Below are positions 19,429-31,537 of a stretch of DNA of 64,000 nucleotides, in pieces (positions within the stretch are counted from its first letter, which is position 1; every line of letters begins with the position of its first letter). Location: positions 3,350 through 67,349 of the forward strand of contig CAYOOT010000006.1 in NCBI GenBank assembly GCA_964405665.1, written 5' to 3'. Position numbers and translations under genes: made by a program. The stretch is from an uncultured Bdellovibrionales bacterium (GTDB lineage Bacteria; Bdellovibrionota_C; UBA2361; SZUA-149; CAZDWZ01). The notes under the pieces were generated by a model. That model worked only from the letters and a program-made list of their open reading frames with translations, was not told the DNA's origin and did not search any database.

Positions 19429-20499
19429 TTGACAAACTCCGGCTATTATCCGATAGAACTGGGCATGAATGAACAAGCTGCCAATTCTGTTTGGGGAACT
19501 TCGGAAACCAAATATTTCTACGAATTAACTCCGGAGCGTATTTTAGAGGCAGTGGAAACTTTTACGGGCTTGCGTTGTACCGGACGATGTCTTGCACTGA
19601 ACAGTTTTGAGAACCGAGTCTATGAAGTAGAAATTGATGTCGAAGATGAGAAAAAACTTAAAAGCCCCAGTGAGCGTTTTCGAATTGTAAAATTCTATCG
19701 TCCTGGCAGATGGACTGCCGAGCAAATTCTGGAAGAGCATCGATTTTTACTTGATCTTGTGGAATTAGAAATCCCTGTGGTTGCTCCTTTAATTTTTGGC
19801 AATAATGAGACTCTCTTAAAAATTCCTGAATGTAATATTTGCTGCGCTGTATTTCCCAAAGTTGGTGGTAGAAGCCCTGATGAGCTTAGTGCAGAGCAAT
19901 TACCTTTAGTCGGTAGACTTCTTGCCCGAATGCATAATGCCGGTGCGACTAGAAAAGCAGAACAGCGGATTCGACTTACCGCGGAAAATTACGGCCGAGC
20001 AAGTTTAAAATTTCTTCAAGACTCTAAAACACTGCCCCGAGATATTGCAGGAACTTATAGCGATTTGGTTAATCGTCTTTGTGATCTTATTGAGCCGATG
20101 CTTTTAAATGCTGAAGTGCAGCGTATTCATGGAGATTGTCATTTTGGAAATTTACTGTGGGGAAAAGAAGGTCCATTTTGGGTGGATTTTGATGATATGC
20201 TTAATGGCCCTTGTATTCAGGATCTTTGGTTGATTATTCCGGGACGAGATGATTATGCCAAACAACAGCTTTCAATTCTGTTAGAAGCCTATGAGCAGAT
20301 GAGAAAGTTTGATTATCAAAGTCTGAATTTAATCGAACCGCTACGAGCGCTGCGAATGATTCATTTTAGCGGTTGGATTGCCAAGCGCTGGGAAGATCCG
20401 GCTTTTCCTATTGCTTTTGTTGATTTTGGAACGGAGCGTTATTGGGCGGAGCAGATATCTCAATTGCAAGAGCAGTTGCAGTTGATCGAATTATTGTAG
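19429..20499 (+). CDS. stress-response Ser/Thr kinase SrkA/YihE (RdoA family)
   Basis: Aminoglycoside-phosphotransferase-like fold. N-terminal LNSFENRVYEV and catalytic IHGDCHFGNLLW…VDFDD match the YihE/RdoA family. Confidence 0.75.
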   Translation: MTNSGYYPIELGMNEQAANSVWGTSETKYFYELTPERILEAVETFTGLRCTGRCLALNSFENRVYEVEIDVEDEKKLKSPSERFRIVKFYRPGRWTAEQILEEHRFLLDLVELEIPVVAPLIFGNNETLLKIPECNICCAVFPKVGGRSPDELSAEQLPLVGRLLARMHNAGATRKAEQRIRLTAENYGRASLKFLQDSKTLPRDIAGTYSDLVNRLCDLIEPMLLNAEVQRIHGDCHFGNLLWGKEGPFWVDFDDMLNGPCIQDLWLIIPGRDDYAKQQLSILLEAYEQMRKFDYQSLNLIEPLRALRMIHFSGWIAKRWEDPAFPIAFVDFGTERYWAEQISQLQEQLQLIELL

Positions 20500-20525
20500 G
20501 GGCACCCATAAAGGGTGCCCCTACT
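20495..20525. repeat. GC-rich palindromic hairpin repeat (single unit); the srkA-like stop codon TAG lies in the stem
   Basis: gtaggggcaccc-ataaa-gggtgcccctac. Confidence 0.75.
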
Positions 20526-21792
20526 TCAATCTATCTCTTCCCAAAAACAACTTTGGCAATAAATTATATACGGAGCTTTCTCCGGATAAGTAGAAAGGAT
20601 ACTGGAATTGCATTTTTTACAAGTGCGACGGTAAAGTTGGCGCTCGCTTCTTAGGGCCATGCGCATTATATGGCGACAACTTGGGCAGTGCTCGGGTAAG
20701 GGCAGCTCTTTTCTTTGATAAAAAAGCTGTTCTTGGCCAATAATTGCAAATTTTTTCTTACATTCATTACGAGAACAGTTTCTAATTTCAGAATTAAAAT
20801 CCATTTTTCATCTCCTAAATTATTTCTTGTAATATGGGATCCGTTTCGCTTGTTAAGCGCTGCTTCTCATAGTCAGAAGAAAAAAATATCTCTAAATTGT
20901 AAGAACCGTTTTTGATTAATTCTTGACGTAAATGCCTAACAGAATTTTTATAATCTTCTTCGGAAAGAGCTTGATTGAGCAGATGAAATTTTTTATCGGT
21001 AAGAAAAGTGCAACCAAAGCAAGATTCCAATTTTTTGGAATAAGCGCAGAATTCTGAGTCTCGAGAGAGATCGGTATGTAAAAGAAAATTACAGTTATAA
21101 TTTAATGGAGAATGAACGCAATTATAACAAAGCTCATTTTCAAAACAGACTGTATGGTCACAACAAGTTTTATTGCCGTTTGTTTCAATACAATAAAAAC
21201 ATTCTTCCAAGGCATAACCGTCATAACACTGATAACAATCCTTGGCTTCAGTAAGATTATTTCCAATACAATCTTCGGTGCGAAATTGATGAGTGGCTAA
21301 CACTGGCATTTTTCTTTTTAATTCTTCTAATTTCTGAAGACATTGTTCAGGAGTGATTTTTTTAGAAGCGATTTTATATTCTTCCTTGGAAAGTTGCTGA
21401 TTAAATAAACAAAATTCTTTTCTGAGTAAACCATAACATCCCAGACAATTATTGCAGCTATAGCAATCAATACAGAAATCACATTCGATGCAATTGGAAC
21501 AGTTTTGCGAGCGGGAAGTATCGTAACAATAGGCACAATCAATACAATCCACACAAAACTCACAGCCCACACAAAAAGTTAGATCGCTGCAGGACACACA
21601 TTTTCTGGAATAGCGACTGTAGAGTAAATCTTCAGAATAAAAGGCTCCAAAAGTCCAATAACACTTATTGGATTTCACAGCTGTATCGCTATATTCACAA
21701 TTCTCGACTTGCACTTGCTTTAAATTATAGCGCGGCTTCTCTAAGAGTAACTTTTGAAAAGAGTTGATAAATTCTTCGGCAGAGACAAGCAT
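20526..21792 (-). pseudogene. Cys-rich family copy B: N-terminally truncated body (20815-21792) plus a separately framed C-terminal zinc-ribbon module (20526-20804)
   Basis: The 325-aa ORF aligns with the family core and ends …DPILQEII*. Ten nt downstream, a 92-aa ORF encodes exactly the family C-terminal module (CSRNECKKKFAIIGQEQLFYQRKELPLPEHCPSCR…YCQSCFWEE). A 10-nt gap (not a multiple of 3) implies a frameshift. No N-terminal module is found upstream. Confidence 0.6.
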
Positions 21793-21962
21793 TGTATTTC
21801 CTAGCGATTGATAAAATGTTTGGCGATGATAATGTCGAAATAGCTTATTGTCAATTTCTGTTTTCTATGATAACTTATTGTAATTATTTAATAACTTGGC
21901 TCTCTAAATGTAGAAATTAATTTTACATTTAGAAGAATGTAGAAAGGATATCGACATTTTGT

Positions 21963-22766
21963 ATGGCTCAGAAATCACAGCGAAATCGCCTCCTGGAACA
22001 GCTTTCTCTTTTTGGTTGTTCGCAAAAAGAAGCTGCAATTTATTTACATTGTCTGGAAATGGGAGAATCCTCAGTGCAGGATATTTCTCGTCGTCTGGGG
22101 ATTAATCGAGTTACCGTGCATAGTGCTTGCGAGCAATTATTAAAAAAAGGAATTCTCTCTGAAACAAGACGCGGCAAAGGACGAAGACTTCTGGCGGAGT
22201 CCCCTGCTGTGTTTGGTCGACTGCTGCAGCAACAAGAAAATGAATTAAATGTTAAGCGTTCACAATTAGATGAACTAACGACATTATTACAATCGATGCC
22301 CACTCGTGGCGGGCCGATGCCTACTGTCAGATTTTTAGAGGGTGTTGATGGATTCAAAAGAATGTTGGAAGAAACTTTATCGGCCAAAGGTGAAGTTTTT
22401 GTCTTTACGTATGTCGATCTTTTTTCCAAATTAATTGGTCCTGATTATTTGGAAGATTATTTTAAACGTCGAGCGGCAAAAGGAATTCATACGCGTTTAA
22501 TTTTCCCTCCCTGCCCTTTTGTTAATCGTGTGGCAAAAAAAGCTAAGCAGTATTTAATTAAAGTGCGATTGTTGCCTCCGGAATTTAAATGGCAAGCCGG
22601 TATTTTTTCTTGGAACAATTGTCTTTCTCTTAAATCTTTTACTCAAGGACAGATTACTTGCACGATTGTGGAGAATGAGGACTTAGCTCATTTTTATCAA
22701 AATGTTCTCTTTGAATTAGCTTGGAAACAAGCATCCCTTTTTACAGAATTAGAAAAGGAAGACTAG
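21963..22766 (+). CDS. TrmB-family winged-helix transcriptional regulator
   Basis: N-terminal HTH LFGCSQKEAAIYLHCLEMGESSVQDISRRLGINRVTVHSACEQLLKKG typical of TrmB, with a C-terminal sensor-like domain. Divergent from Cys-rich copy B. Confidence 0.55.
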   Translation: MAQKSQRNRLLEQLSLFGCSQKEAAIYLHCLEMGESSVQDISRRLGINRVTVHSACEQLLKKGILSETRRGKGRRLLAESPAVFGRLLQQQENELNVKRSQLDELTTLLQSMPTRGGPMPTVRFLEGVDGFKRMLEETLSAKGEVFVFTYVDLFSKLIGPDYLEDYFKRRAAKGIHTRLIFPPCPFVNRVAKKAKQYLIKVRLLPPEFKWQAGIFSWNNCLSLKSFTQGQITCTIVENEDLAHFYQNVLFELAWKQASLFTELEKED

Positions 22767-22984
22767 AAATTTTTTCTAATATTATTAGGATCTTAGCTGT
22801 TCACAAAAAACACTTCTTGTTAAATTTGATTTTATTTTTAACTTATCGGAATTATTAAATAAAATACCATCCCGGAGCATTGCTCAAAAGTCCAAGAAAA
22901 GCTATATATAAAGACCAAATATTGGACAATTTATTATTATTTTCATTATAAACTTTTTGTAATGAAAGCAAATAGTTATCTTAA

Positions 22985-25477
<2,493 letters not shown>

Positions 25478-25603
25478 TCTTTTTATATGTCTGGCTTGCC
25501 GTCCGAAGCTTTCTTGTCCCCCGGAGCTTTAGTGAAGGGGGAAGCGTAGGATGGAAGGATGATAGGATTTTTTAAGATTAGTTGTAAAAAAAGGCAATAA
25601 AAA

Positions 25604-28093
25604 ATGGATAGCACAAACCCAACAAGCATTATCGCAATCAACATTGAAGAAGAAATGCGTAGTTCTTACATGGACTATGCAATGAGTGTAATCATTGGCC
25701 GAGCGCTGCCGGATATTCGTGATGGTTTAAAACCCGTTCACCGCCGCATACTTTTTGCGATGTTAAGCGAAGGCTTAACTTCCGGTAAAAAGTTTTCCAA
25801 ATGTGCCGGTGTGGTGGGAGAAGTTTTGAAAAAATACCATCCTCATGGCGATACTGCCGTTTATGATTCTTTGGTGAGAATGGCGCAGAAATGGAATCTG
25901 AGATATCCGTTGATTGAAGGACAGGGGAACTTCGGCTCCGTGGATGGGGATTCTGCGGCAGCCTATCGTTATACAGAATGTCGCATGGAAGCTTTAGCCG
26001 AAGCAATTTTGGCGGACATTGATAAAGATACTGTCGATTTCATGCCGAATTTTGATGAATCCACAATGGAGCCGATAGTGCTTCCTTCGCGCATTCCTAA
26101 TCTTTTAGTTAACGGTGCCGAAGGAATTGCCGTGGGCATGGCTTCAAAAATTCCTCCCCATAATTTAAAGGAAATTGTTGCAGCCACAATCAAAGTCATC
26201 GAAAATCCTAAAGTTACTTTGGAAGAATTAATGGAAGTTGTTCCAGGGCCGGATTTTCCAACGGCAGGGATTATTTATGGCGCAGCTCCGATTAGACAAA
26301 TTTATCAAACAGGACGTGGTTTAATCCAGCTTAGGGCAAAGGTCAGAGTCGAAGCGATTAAAGGAAAAAAAGATGCTGAAGCAATTGTCATTGATGAAAT
26401 TCCTTATCAAGTAAATAAAGCGAAGCTTGTTGAAAAAATTGCTGAGCTGGTAAATGAAAAGAAGATAGAAGGTATTTCCAAGTTAAGAGATGAATCCGAT
26501 CGCACAGGAATGAGAGTAGTAGTTGAACTTAAGCGGGATGCGGTTAGCGATGTGGTTTTGAATCAATTATTCAAATTAACACCGCTGCAACGGACTTTTG
26601 GCGTGATTATGCTTTCTATCGTCAATGGTCGTCCGATGGTGCTTGGACTAAAGGAAATGTTGGAGTATTTCATCGATCATCGAAGAAATGTCATTGTCCG
26701 AAGAACCAGATTTGAATTGGGTAAAGCCAAATCAAGATTGCATATCTTAGAGGGCTTAAGAACAGCCTTGGATAATATCGATCAAATTATCAAGCTGATT
26801 AAGGCTTCAGAATCAACAGCAATTGCCAGAGATGAATTGCAAGTTCAGTTTAGTTTAAGTGAAGTTCAAGCGCAGCATATTTTAGATATGCCCTTAAAGC
26901 GTTTAACTGGCTTAGAAAGAAAAGCGATTGAAGATGAGTATAACGAGCTTTTAGCGGAAGTAGAAAGACTAAGTAAAATTCTAGCAAGCAAAGTTGAAGT
27001 GGACAAGGTTTGTGTCGAAGAGCTCAAAGAAATATCTGAAAAATTCGGAGATGTTCGTAAAACTGTCATTGAAGAAGATGGCGAAGAAATTGATCTAGAA
27101 GATATGATTGCCGAAGAAGATATGATTGTTACCATCTCTCATCGGGGCTATGCCAAACGCTGTTCACCTTCAATTTACCGGGCACAACGTCGCGGCGGTA
27201 AAGGTGTGATGGGTACAAAAAATGATGAAGAAGATTTTATTACAGAACTTTTTGTCGCCTCAACACATGCTTACTTATTGGTCTTTACTACCTTGGGTAA
27301 AATGCATTGGATCAAGGTTCATAATTTACCAGAAGCAAGCAGAACAGCTCGCGGCAGAGCCTTGGTCAATATGATTCAGTTTGAAGAAGGCGAAAAAGTT
27401 TCAGCAATTCTTCCAGTAAGGCATTTTGAAGTCGGAAAATCCGTGGTACTTACAACCAAAATGGGCGTAATTAAAAGAGTTGATTTGATGGAGCTATCTA
27501 ATATTCGAAAAGGCGGGATTAGAGCAGTTTCTCTGGACCAAGGAGATGCTTTAATTGGTGCAAGATTAACAGAAGGCTCAAGAGATTTAATTCTTTCTAC
27601 AAAAAGCGGCATGGCGATTAGATTTAGAGAAGATGATGTTCGAGTAATGGGTCGAGTGGCAAGAGGAGTAAGAGGAATTACACTGGATTCCGGAGATGAA
27701 GTGGTAAATATTGTTACCGTTCCTGAAGCCGGCAAAGATGACAGTGAAAAATATGCTTTATTTACTGTTTGTCAAAATGGTTTTGGTAAGCGCACTGAAG
27801 TCGATGAATACCGCGTGCAATCTCGTGGCGGAAAAGGCGTAATTGATATCAAAACCGAAGGGCGCAATGGACCAGTGGTTTCCACTACCCGGGTGACAGA
27901 TAATGATCACATCATGATTATTACAACTTCTGGAAAAGTTATTCGCATGGCCGTTAAAAATATGAATTTGATTGGCCGCAACACCATGGGTGTTAATTTA
28001 ATTAACTTGGATGAAGGCGAAAGTGTTGCTGCCGTTGCTAGACTTGCCGATGCTGAAGGGGATGAGGAAATAGTGGAAGAGGAAGTTAAGTAA
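25604..28093 (+). CDS. gyrA: DNA gyrase subunit A
   Basis: N-terminal MDYAMSVIIGRALPDIRDGLKPVHRR, the active-site Tyr region (AAYRYTE) and C-terminal beta-pinwheel repeats; 829 aa. Confidence 0.95.
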   Translation: MDSTNPTSIIAINIEEEMRSSYMDYAMSVIIGRALPDIRDGLKPVHRRILFAMLSEGLTSGKKFSKCAGVVGEVLKKYHPHGDTAVYDSLVRMAQKWNLRYPLIEGQGNFGSVDGDSAAAYRYTECRMEALAEAILADIDKDTVDFMPNFDESTMEPIVLPSRIPNLLVNGAEGIAVGMASKIPPHNLKEIVAATIKVIENPKVTLEELMEVVPGPDFPTAGIIYGAAPIRQIYQTGRGLIQLRAKVRVEAIKGKKDAEAIVIDEIPYQVNKAKLVEKIAELVNEKKIEGISKLRDESDRTGMRVVVELKRDAVSDVVLNQLFKLTPLQRTFGVIMLSIVNGRPMVLGLKEMLEYFIDHRRNVIVRRTRFELGKAKSRLHILEGLRTALDNIDQIIKLIKASESTAIARDELQVQFSLSEVQAQHILDMPLKRLTGLERKAIEDEYNELLAEVERLSKILASKVEVDKVCVEELKEISEKFGDVRKTVIEEDGEEIDLEDMIAEEDMIVTISHRGYAKRCSPSIYRAQRRGGKGVMGTKNDEEDFITELFVASTHAYLLVFTTLGKMHWIKVHNLPEASRTARGRALVNMIQFEEGEKVSAILPVRHFEVGKSVVLTTKMGVIKRVDLMELSNIRKGGIRAVSLDQGDALIGARLTEGSRDLILSTKSGMAIRFREDDVRVMGRVARGVRGITLDSGDEVVNIVTVPEAGKDDSEKYALFTVCQNGFGKRTEVDEYRVQSRGGKGVIDIKTEGRNGPVVSTTRVTDNDHIMIITTSGKVIRMAVKNMNLIGRNTMGVNLINLDEGESVAAVARLADAEGDEEIVEEEVK

Positions 28094-28104
28094 AGATTGG
28101 AGAT

Positions 28105-28170
28105 ACCGGAGCGCGGACTTTAGTCCGCTAAAAATAGCTAATTCGAGCGGACTAAAGTCCGCGCTCCGGT
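28105..28170. terminator. GC-rich compound palindrome downstream of gyrA (two identical hairpins nested in a 24-nt-arm inverted repeat)
   Basis: accggagcgcggactttagtccgc … gcggactaaagtccgcgctccggt. Each gcggac-ttta-gtccgc is itself a hairpin. Confidence 0.65.
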
Positions 28171-28191
28171 AGAGGCTAATTTAAATTTATT

Positions 28192-29880
28192 ATGAGTATT
28201 TCTCAATCTTCATTTCTTTCAAACTTTGTCGAACATGCAACAAAAACCACCGCTGCTCCATTTTGCAAATTTATCTCAAAGGGAAAAGTTACAGAATATT
28301 CTTACGGGGAGCTTTTAAGTAATAGCATTGCCTACTGCAATCTTTTAAAAAATGCCGGCATTGCTCAAGGTGAGATTGTAATTATTATTCTGGAACACAC
28401 CCCTGATCTTTATTTTTCCTTTGTCGGTGCGATGCTTGCTGGTTGCATTCCCTCTTTTCTTCCCTTTCAAACCCCTAAACAAGATACAGCTATTTATTGG
28501 AAGAGTCAGGTCGAACTTTTTAAGAGAATCAAGGCTAGAGCATTGATTACTTATCAAGCAAATTTAGAACTTCTTGAAAATTATTTGGGCTCTTTAACGG
28601 AGATGAAAGTATTTACTCCTTCTGATTTACAAGGTGTAGAAACAAAATCTGAAATTAATAGAGATCAATTACTATCTGGTGATGCCATTGCTTTTCTTCA
28701 ACATAGTTCAGGTACTACTGGTTATAAAAAAGGAGTGGCGCTTTCTTATCAAGCAGTCACTAAACAGCTAACACAATATTCTAAAGCAATTGATTTTTCC
28801 TCAAAGGATAAGATTGCGACTTGGCTGCCGCTTTATCATGACATGGGTCTGATTGCGAGTTTCATTCTTCCTATCTCTTCTGGTGTAGAGATTGTGGCGA
28901 TGGATCCCTTTGAATGGGTAATGCGTCCAGGAATACTTTTTAATGCAATAGAAAAGTATTCTTGTACCCTTTGTTGGCTCCCCAATTTTGCTTTTCATCA
29001 TTTGATAAGACTTCTACCGGAAAATAAAAGTTATAATCTTTCTTCAATCAGAGCTTTTATTAATTGCTCCGAACCTTGTAAAGCCGAAACTTTTGCCGCC
29101 TTTTTTGAGAGGTTTAAAAAAGATCAATTAAAAAAAGAAGCTCTTGGTGTTTGTTATGCCATGGCCGAAGCTGTCTATGCTGTGACTAGCACTAAGCCTG
29201 GAGTTTGTCCTAGAGTTTTGGAAATAGATGTTGAAGATTGTGCCAAGAAAGGAATTATTTCAGAAAAAAAAGAAGCAAAAAGTTTTCAAGCTTGTCTTTC
29301 TGCTGGTAAACCGATTGCTGGAATTGCAGTTCAAATAATCGATGATCAAGGAAATATTCTTCCTGAAAAAAATGTGGGAGAAATTGCTTTGCAGGGAGAA
29401 TTCCTTTTTTCTGCTTATTTTAGAGATCCGGAAACAACAGCAAAAAAGTTTAAAGATGGCTGGTATTGTACGGGAGACCTTGGTTTTTTAGAGCAAGGAG
29501 AATTATTTGTGCTTGGTCGCAAGGATGATGTAATTATCAGTCATGGAAAGAAATTTGCAGCTCATGATTTGGAGCAAGTTGTGCACCGGGTTTCCGGTGT
29601 AAAACCAGGACGGGTAATTGCTCTATCATTCTTTGAGGAAAATGTAGGATCCGATGAAATTGTGATCATTGCCGAAAGAGATCCTGATTCTAAAGTTCTG
29701 GCTGAAGAAACAATTAAGAGCATTAAAAAAACAGTATTTGATGAATTCGGAATTTCTATCTGGGAAGCTCGAACTGAGGAAGTTGGTTGGATTATTAAGA
29801 CAACAAGCGGCAAGCTCTGTCGAAGAGAAAATTTAGAAAAATTAAAATCTCAAAGATTACAAGCTGAAACTATTTCATAA
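28192..29880 (+). CDS. AMP-dependent synthetase/ligase (fatty-acyl-AMP ligase / acyl-CoA synthetase-like)
   Basis: AMP-binding motif LQHSSGTTGYKKGV, the TGD motif (WYCTGDLG) and the C-terminal lid; 562 aa. Confidence 0.7.
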   Translation: MSISQSSFLSNFVEHATKTTAAPFCKFISKGKVTEYSYGELLSNSIAYCNLLKNAGIAQGEIVIIILEHTPDLYFSFVGAMLAGCIPSFLPFQTPKQDTAIYWKSQVELFKRIKARALITYQANLELLENYLGSLTEMKVFTPSDLQGVETKSEINRDQLLSGDAIAFLQHSSGTTGYKKGVALSYQAVTKQLTQYSKAIDFSSKDKIATWLPLYHDMGLIASFILPISSGVEIVAMDPFEWVMRPGILFNAIEKYSCTLCWLPNFAFHHLIRLLPENKSYNLSSIRAFINCSEPCKAETFAAFFERFKKDQLKKEALGVCYAMAEAVYAVTSTKPGVCPRVLEIDVEDCAKKGIISEKKEAKSFQACLSAGKPIAGIAVQIIDDQGNILPEKNVGEIALQGEFLFSAYFRDPETTAKKFKDGWYCTGDLGFLEQGELFVLGRKDDVIISHGKKFAAHDLEQVVHRVSGVKPGRVIALSFFEENVGSDEIVIIAERDPDSKVLAEETIKSIKKTVFDEFGISIWEARTEEVGWIIKTTSGKLCRRENLEKLKSQRLQAETIS

Positions 29881-29986
29881 AATAAGCGAATATACCTAAG
29901 TAATAAGATTAAAAATAGGTCTTTTTCAGGCAAGATCTATATTGAAACAGTATCCTTAAAGATACTGTTTAGTATGCTATAATTAA

Positions 29987-30204
29987 ATGACAAAAATTAG
30001 AAGAGGAAATTATATTTTCATTAAAAGAAAATCAGCATCAGAGAAATTTCCAGAACATTAAAAACCTCCCCAGCGCAAGTCTATCGACTTCTTGATCAAA
30101 CTTTTTATGGAAAAACAATAGATCAAATGTTAAGGCTTTTAGATCTTTTTGATTGTTCAATTGATATTACATTTCACAAAAAGGCGGCCTTAATTATTCT
30201 TTAA
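29987..30204 (+). pseudogene. small XRE-family HTH gene remnant, frameshifted in an A-run
   Basis: An ATG at 29987 opens MTKIRRGNYIFIKRK… and stops at 30061. The +2 frame from 30025 encodes KKISIREISRTLKTSPAQVYRLLDQTFYGKTIDQMLRLLDLFDCSIDITF (an HTH_XRE pattern) to a stop at 30204. The shift occurs within attaaaagaaaat. A 10-bp-stem hairpin aaacagtatc…gatactgttt sits just upstream (29945-29970). Confidence 0.3.
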
Positions 30205-30637
30205 TATCCAAAGTTTTGCCCAGACTCTCTAAGATCATCTCCCACCCCTTTTTTGTGAGTTCTTCGTAGTCTAACCAGACACCGCTATGAGTCAATATCA
30301 GCTCACAGCCAGCACCTTTTTTAATAAAATCCAAAGCCACTTCCGTGCTTTCTGTATCCTTTTGATATTTAGGCACATAAAAAGTAAAAACTATTTGCCG
30401 AGGCTTGGATATTTCAAGATATGTTCCCTGGTGTTCAATATCTTCGCCATCTCTTCTATCAACGAATAGAAATTCTCCCTCTACTCGAGGATCAATTTCT
30501 GCTTTGACCATTTGTCCAGTAGGAGTGGCGAAGAAGAATTTTCGTGCTTTTTCCGGGTCGAGCCAAGCATCAAACACTTTCTCGGGTGATGCTTCAAAAT
30601 ATTTTTTAACTATAACAGTAGCTGTTGGCTTTACCAT
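30194..30637 (-). CDS. SRPBCC-superfamily (Aha1/AHSA1-like) small protein
   Basis: 147 aa with the typical pattern …VFDAWLDPEKARKFF…GEF…QIVFTF. Confidence 0.65.
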   Translation of the reverse strand: MVKPTATVIVKKYFEASPEKVFDAWLDPEKARKFFFATPTGQMVKAEIDPRVEGEFLFVDRRDGEDIEHQGTYLEISKPRQIVFTFYVPKYQKDTESTEVALDFIKKGAGCELILTHSGVWLDYEELTKKGWEMILESLGKTLDIKE

Positions 30638-30698
30638 TACTACACCTCTTTTTAAATTTGCTTAAAACAATGGGGCCAAACCATTTGGCAAGTATATT

Positions 30699-30831
30699 TT
30701 TGACTTCATTAAGTCAATTTATAATTATAAAAGAGAACATACTTTTATAACAACCTAGAATTACAGAGATTTTTTAGTATTATTAATCAGTCGATTGACT
30801 TAATTTGTGGTTTGCAATATTAAGTCAATCG
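30699..30831. promoter_or_regulatory. divergent promoter region with candidate TetR operators (TTGACTTAAT-type inverted repeats)
   Basis: ttgacttcattaagtcaa (30699-30717), and a perfect 13-bp-arm inverted repeat cgattgacttaat-N14-attaagtcaatcg (30792-30831) ending 1 nt before the tetR ATG. Confidence 0.55.
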
Positions 30832-30832
30832 T

Positions 30833-31537
30833 ATGACTAAATCAGAAGAAATTTCTCTAGACACAAAAAGCTCTCTACTGAGCACCGCAGAAAAACTATT
30901 TACCAAAAAAGGGTACTCCTCGGTTAGTACCAGAGAGATTGCAGAAGATGCAGGAGTGAATCTTGCGGCGATTCAATATCACTTTGGATCCAAGTCAAAG
31001 CTTTTCATGGAAACAGTAAATCAGATGATGCAGAGCAGTCCCTGTGCCAACTCACTTTCGGAGATCAATTTCACTGCCGAGAACAGAGAAGAAGCTGTTA
31101 AAAAACTAGGAATTGTTATTCGCATTTTTCTTAATTATTTTCTTAAACCTTCGGAAAAGAATGCCTGCCGTTTGGTAATCAGAGAAATTCTTTCAGAAAC
31201 AACGGAAGATCCGGAATTAACAGAAACTCTAGTTACGACATTTACCGAAAAATTTAGTAAACCTTTGGAAGATTCACTTTGCTTGTTACTTTGTAAAATA
31301 AATAAAGACTTTAGTGAAATGCAAACTCGCGAACATGCCAGAAGCATTTTGGGCCAATGTGTTTTTTATGCTTCCCATCATCCATTTTTAAAAAAAATTG
31401 ATCGAAAAGATTTTTCCAAAAGCCCTCATTTAGAAAATACCACAGAACACGTAATTCGCTTTTCTTTAAGAGCCCTGGGATGTGAAGAGAAGTTGATCAA
31501 TAAAACCATAACGGAAACTTTTAAAAATGATCTCTAG
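30833..31537 (+). CDS. TetR/AcrR-family transcriptional regulator
   Basis: N-terminal HTH LLSTAEKLFTKKGYSSVSTREIAEDAGVNLAAIQYHFGSKSKLF. Sits upstream of the efflux genes. Confidence 0.85.
   Translation: MTKSEEISLDTKSSLLSTAEKLFTKKGYSSVSTREIAEDAGVNLAAIQYHFGSKSKLFMETVNQMMQSSPCANSLSEINFTAENREEAVKKLGIVIRIFLNYFLKPSEKNACRLVIREILSETTEDPELTETLVTTFTEKFSKPLEDSLCLLLCKINKDFSEMQTREHARSILGQCVFYASHHPFLKKIDRKDFSKSPHLENTTEHVIRFSLRALGCEEKLINKTITETFKNDL

Noticed and set aside
20442-20654. 70-aa plus-strand ORF spanning the 20495 repeat, and similar short ORFs at 44273-44473, 18142-18375 and 9503-9709
   Set aside because: They read through a structured repeat or overlap better-supported genes on the other strand, with no conserved motifs.
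25478-25603. Possible structured leader between gyrB and gyrA (cttgtcccccggag…gaagggggaag)
   Set aside because: The complementary segments are imperfect and short. It cannot be distinguished from chance G/C runs without folding-energy and covariation analysis.
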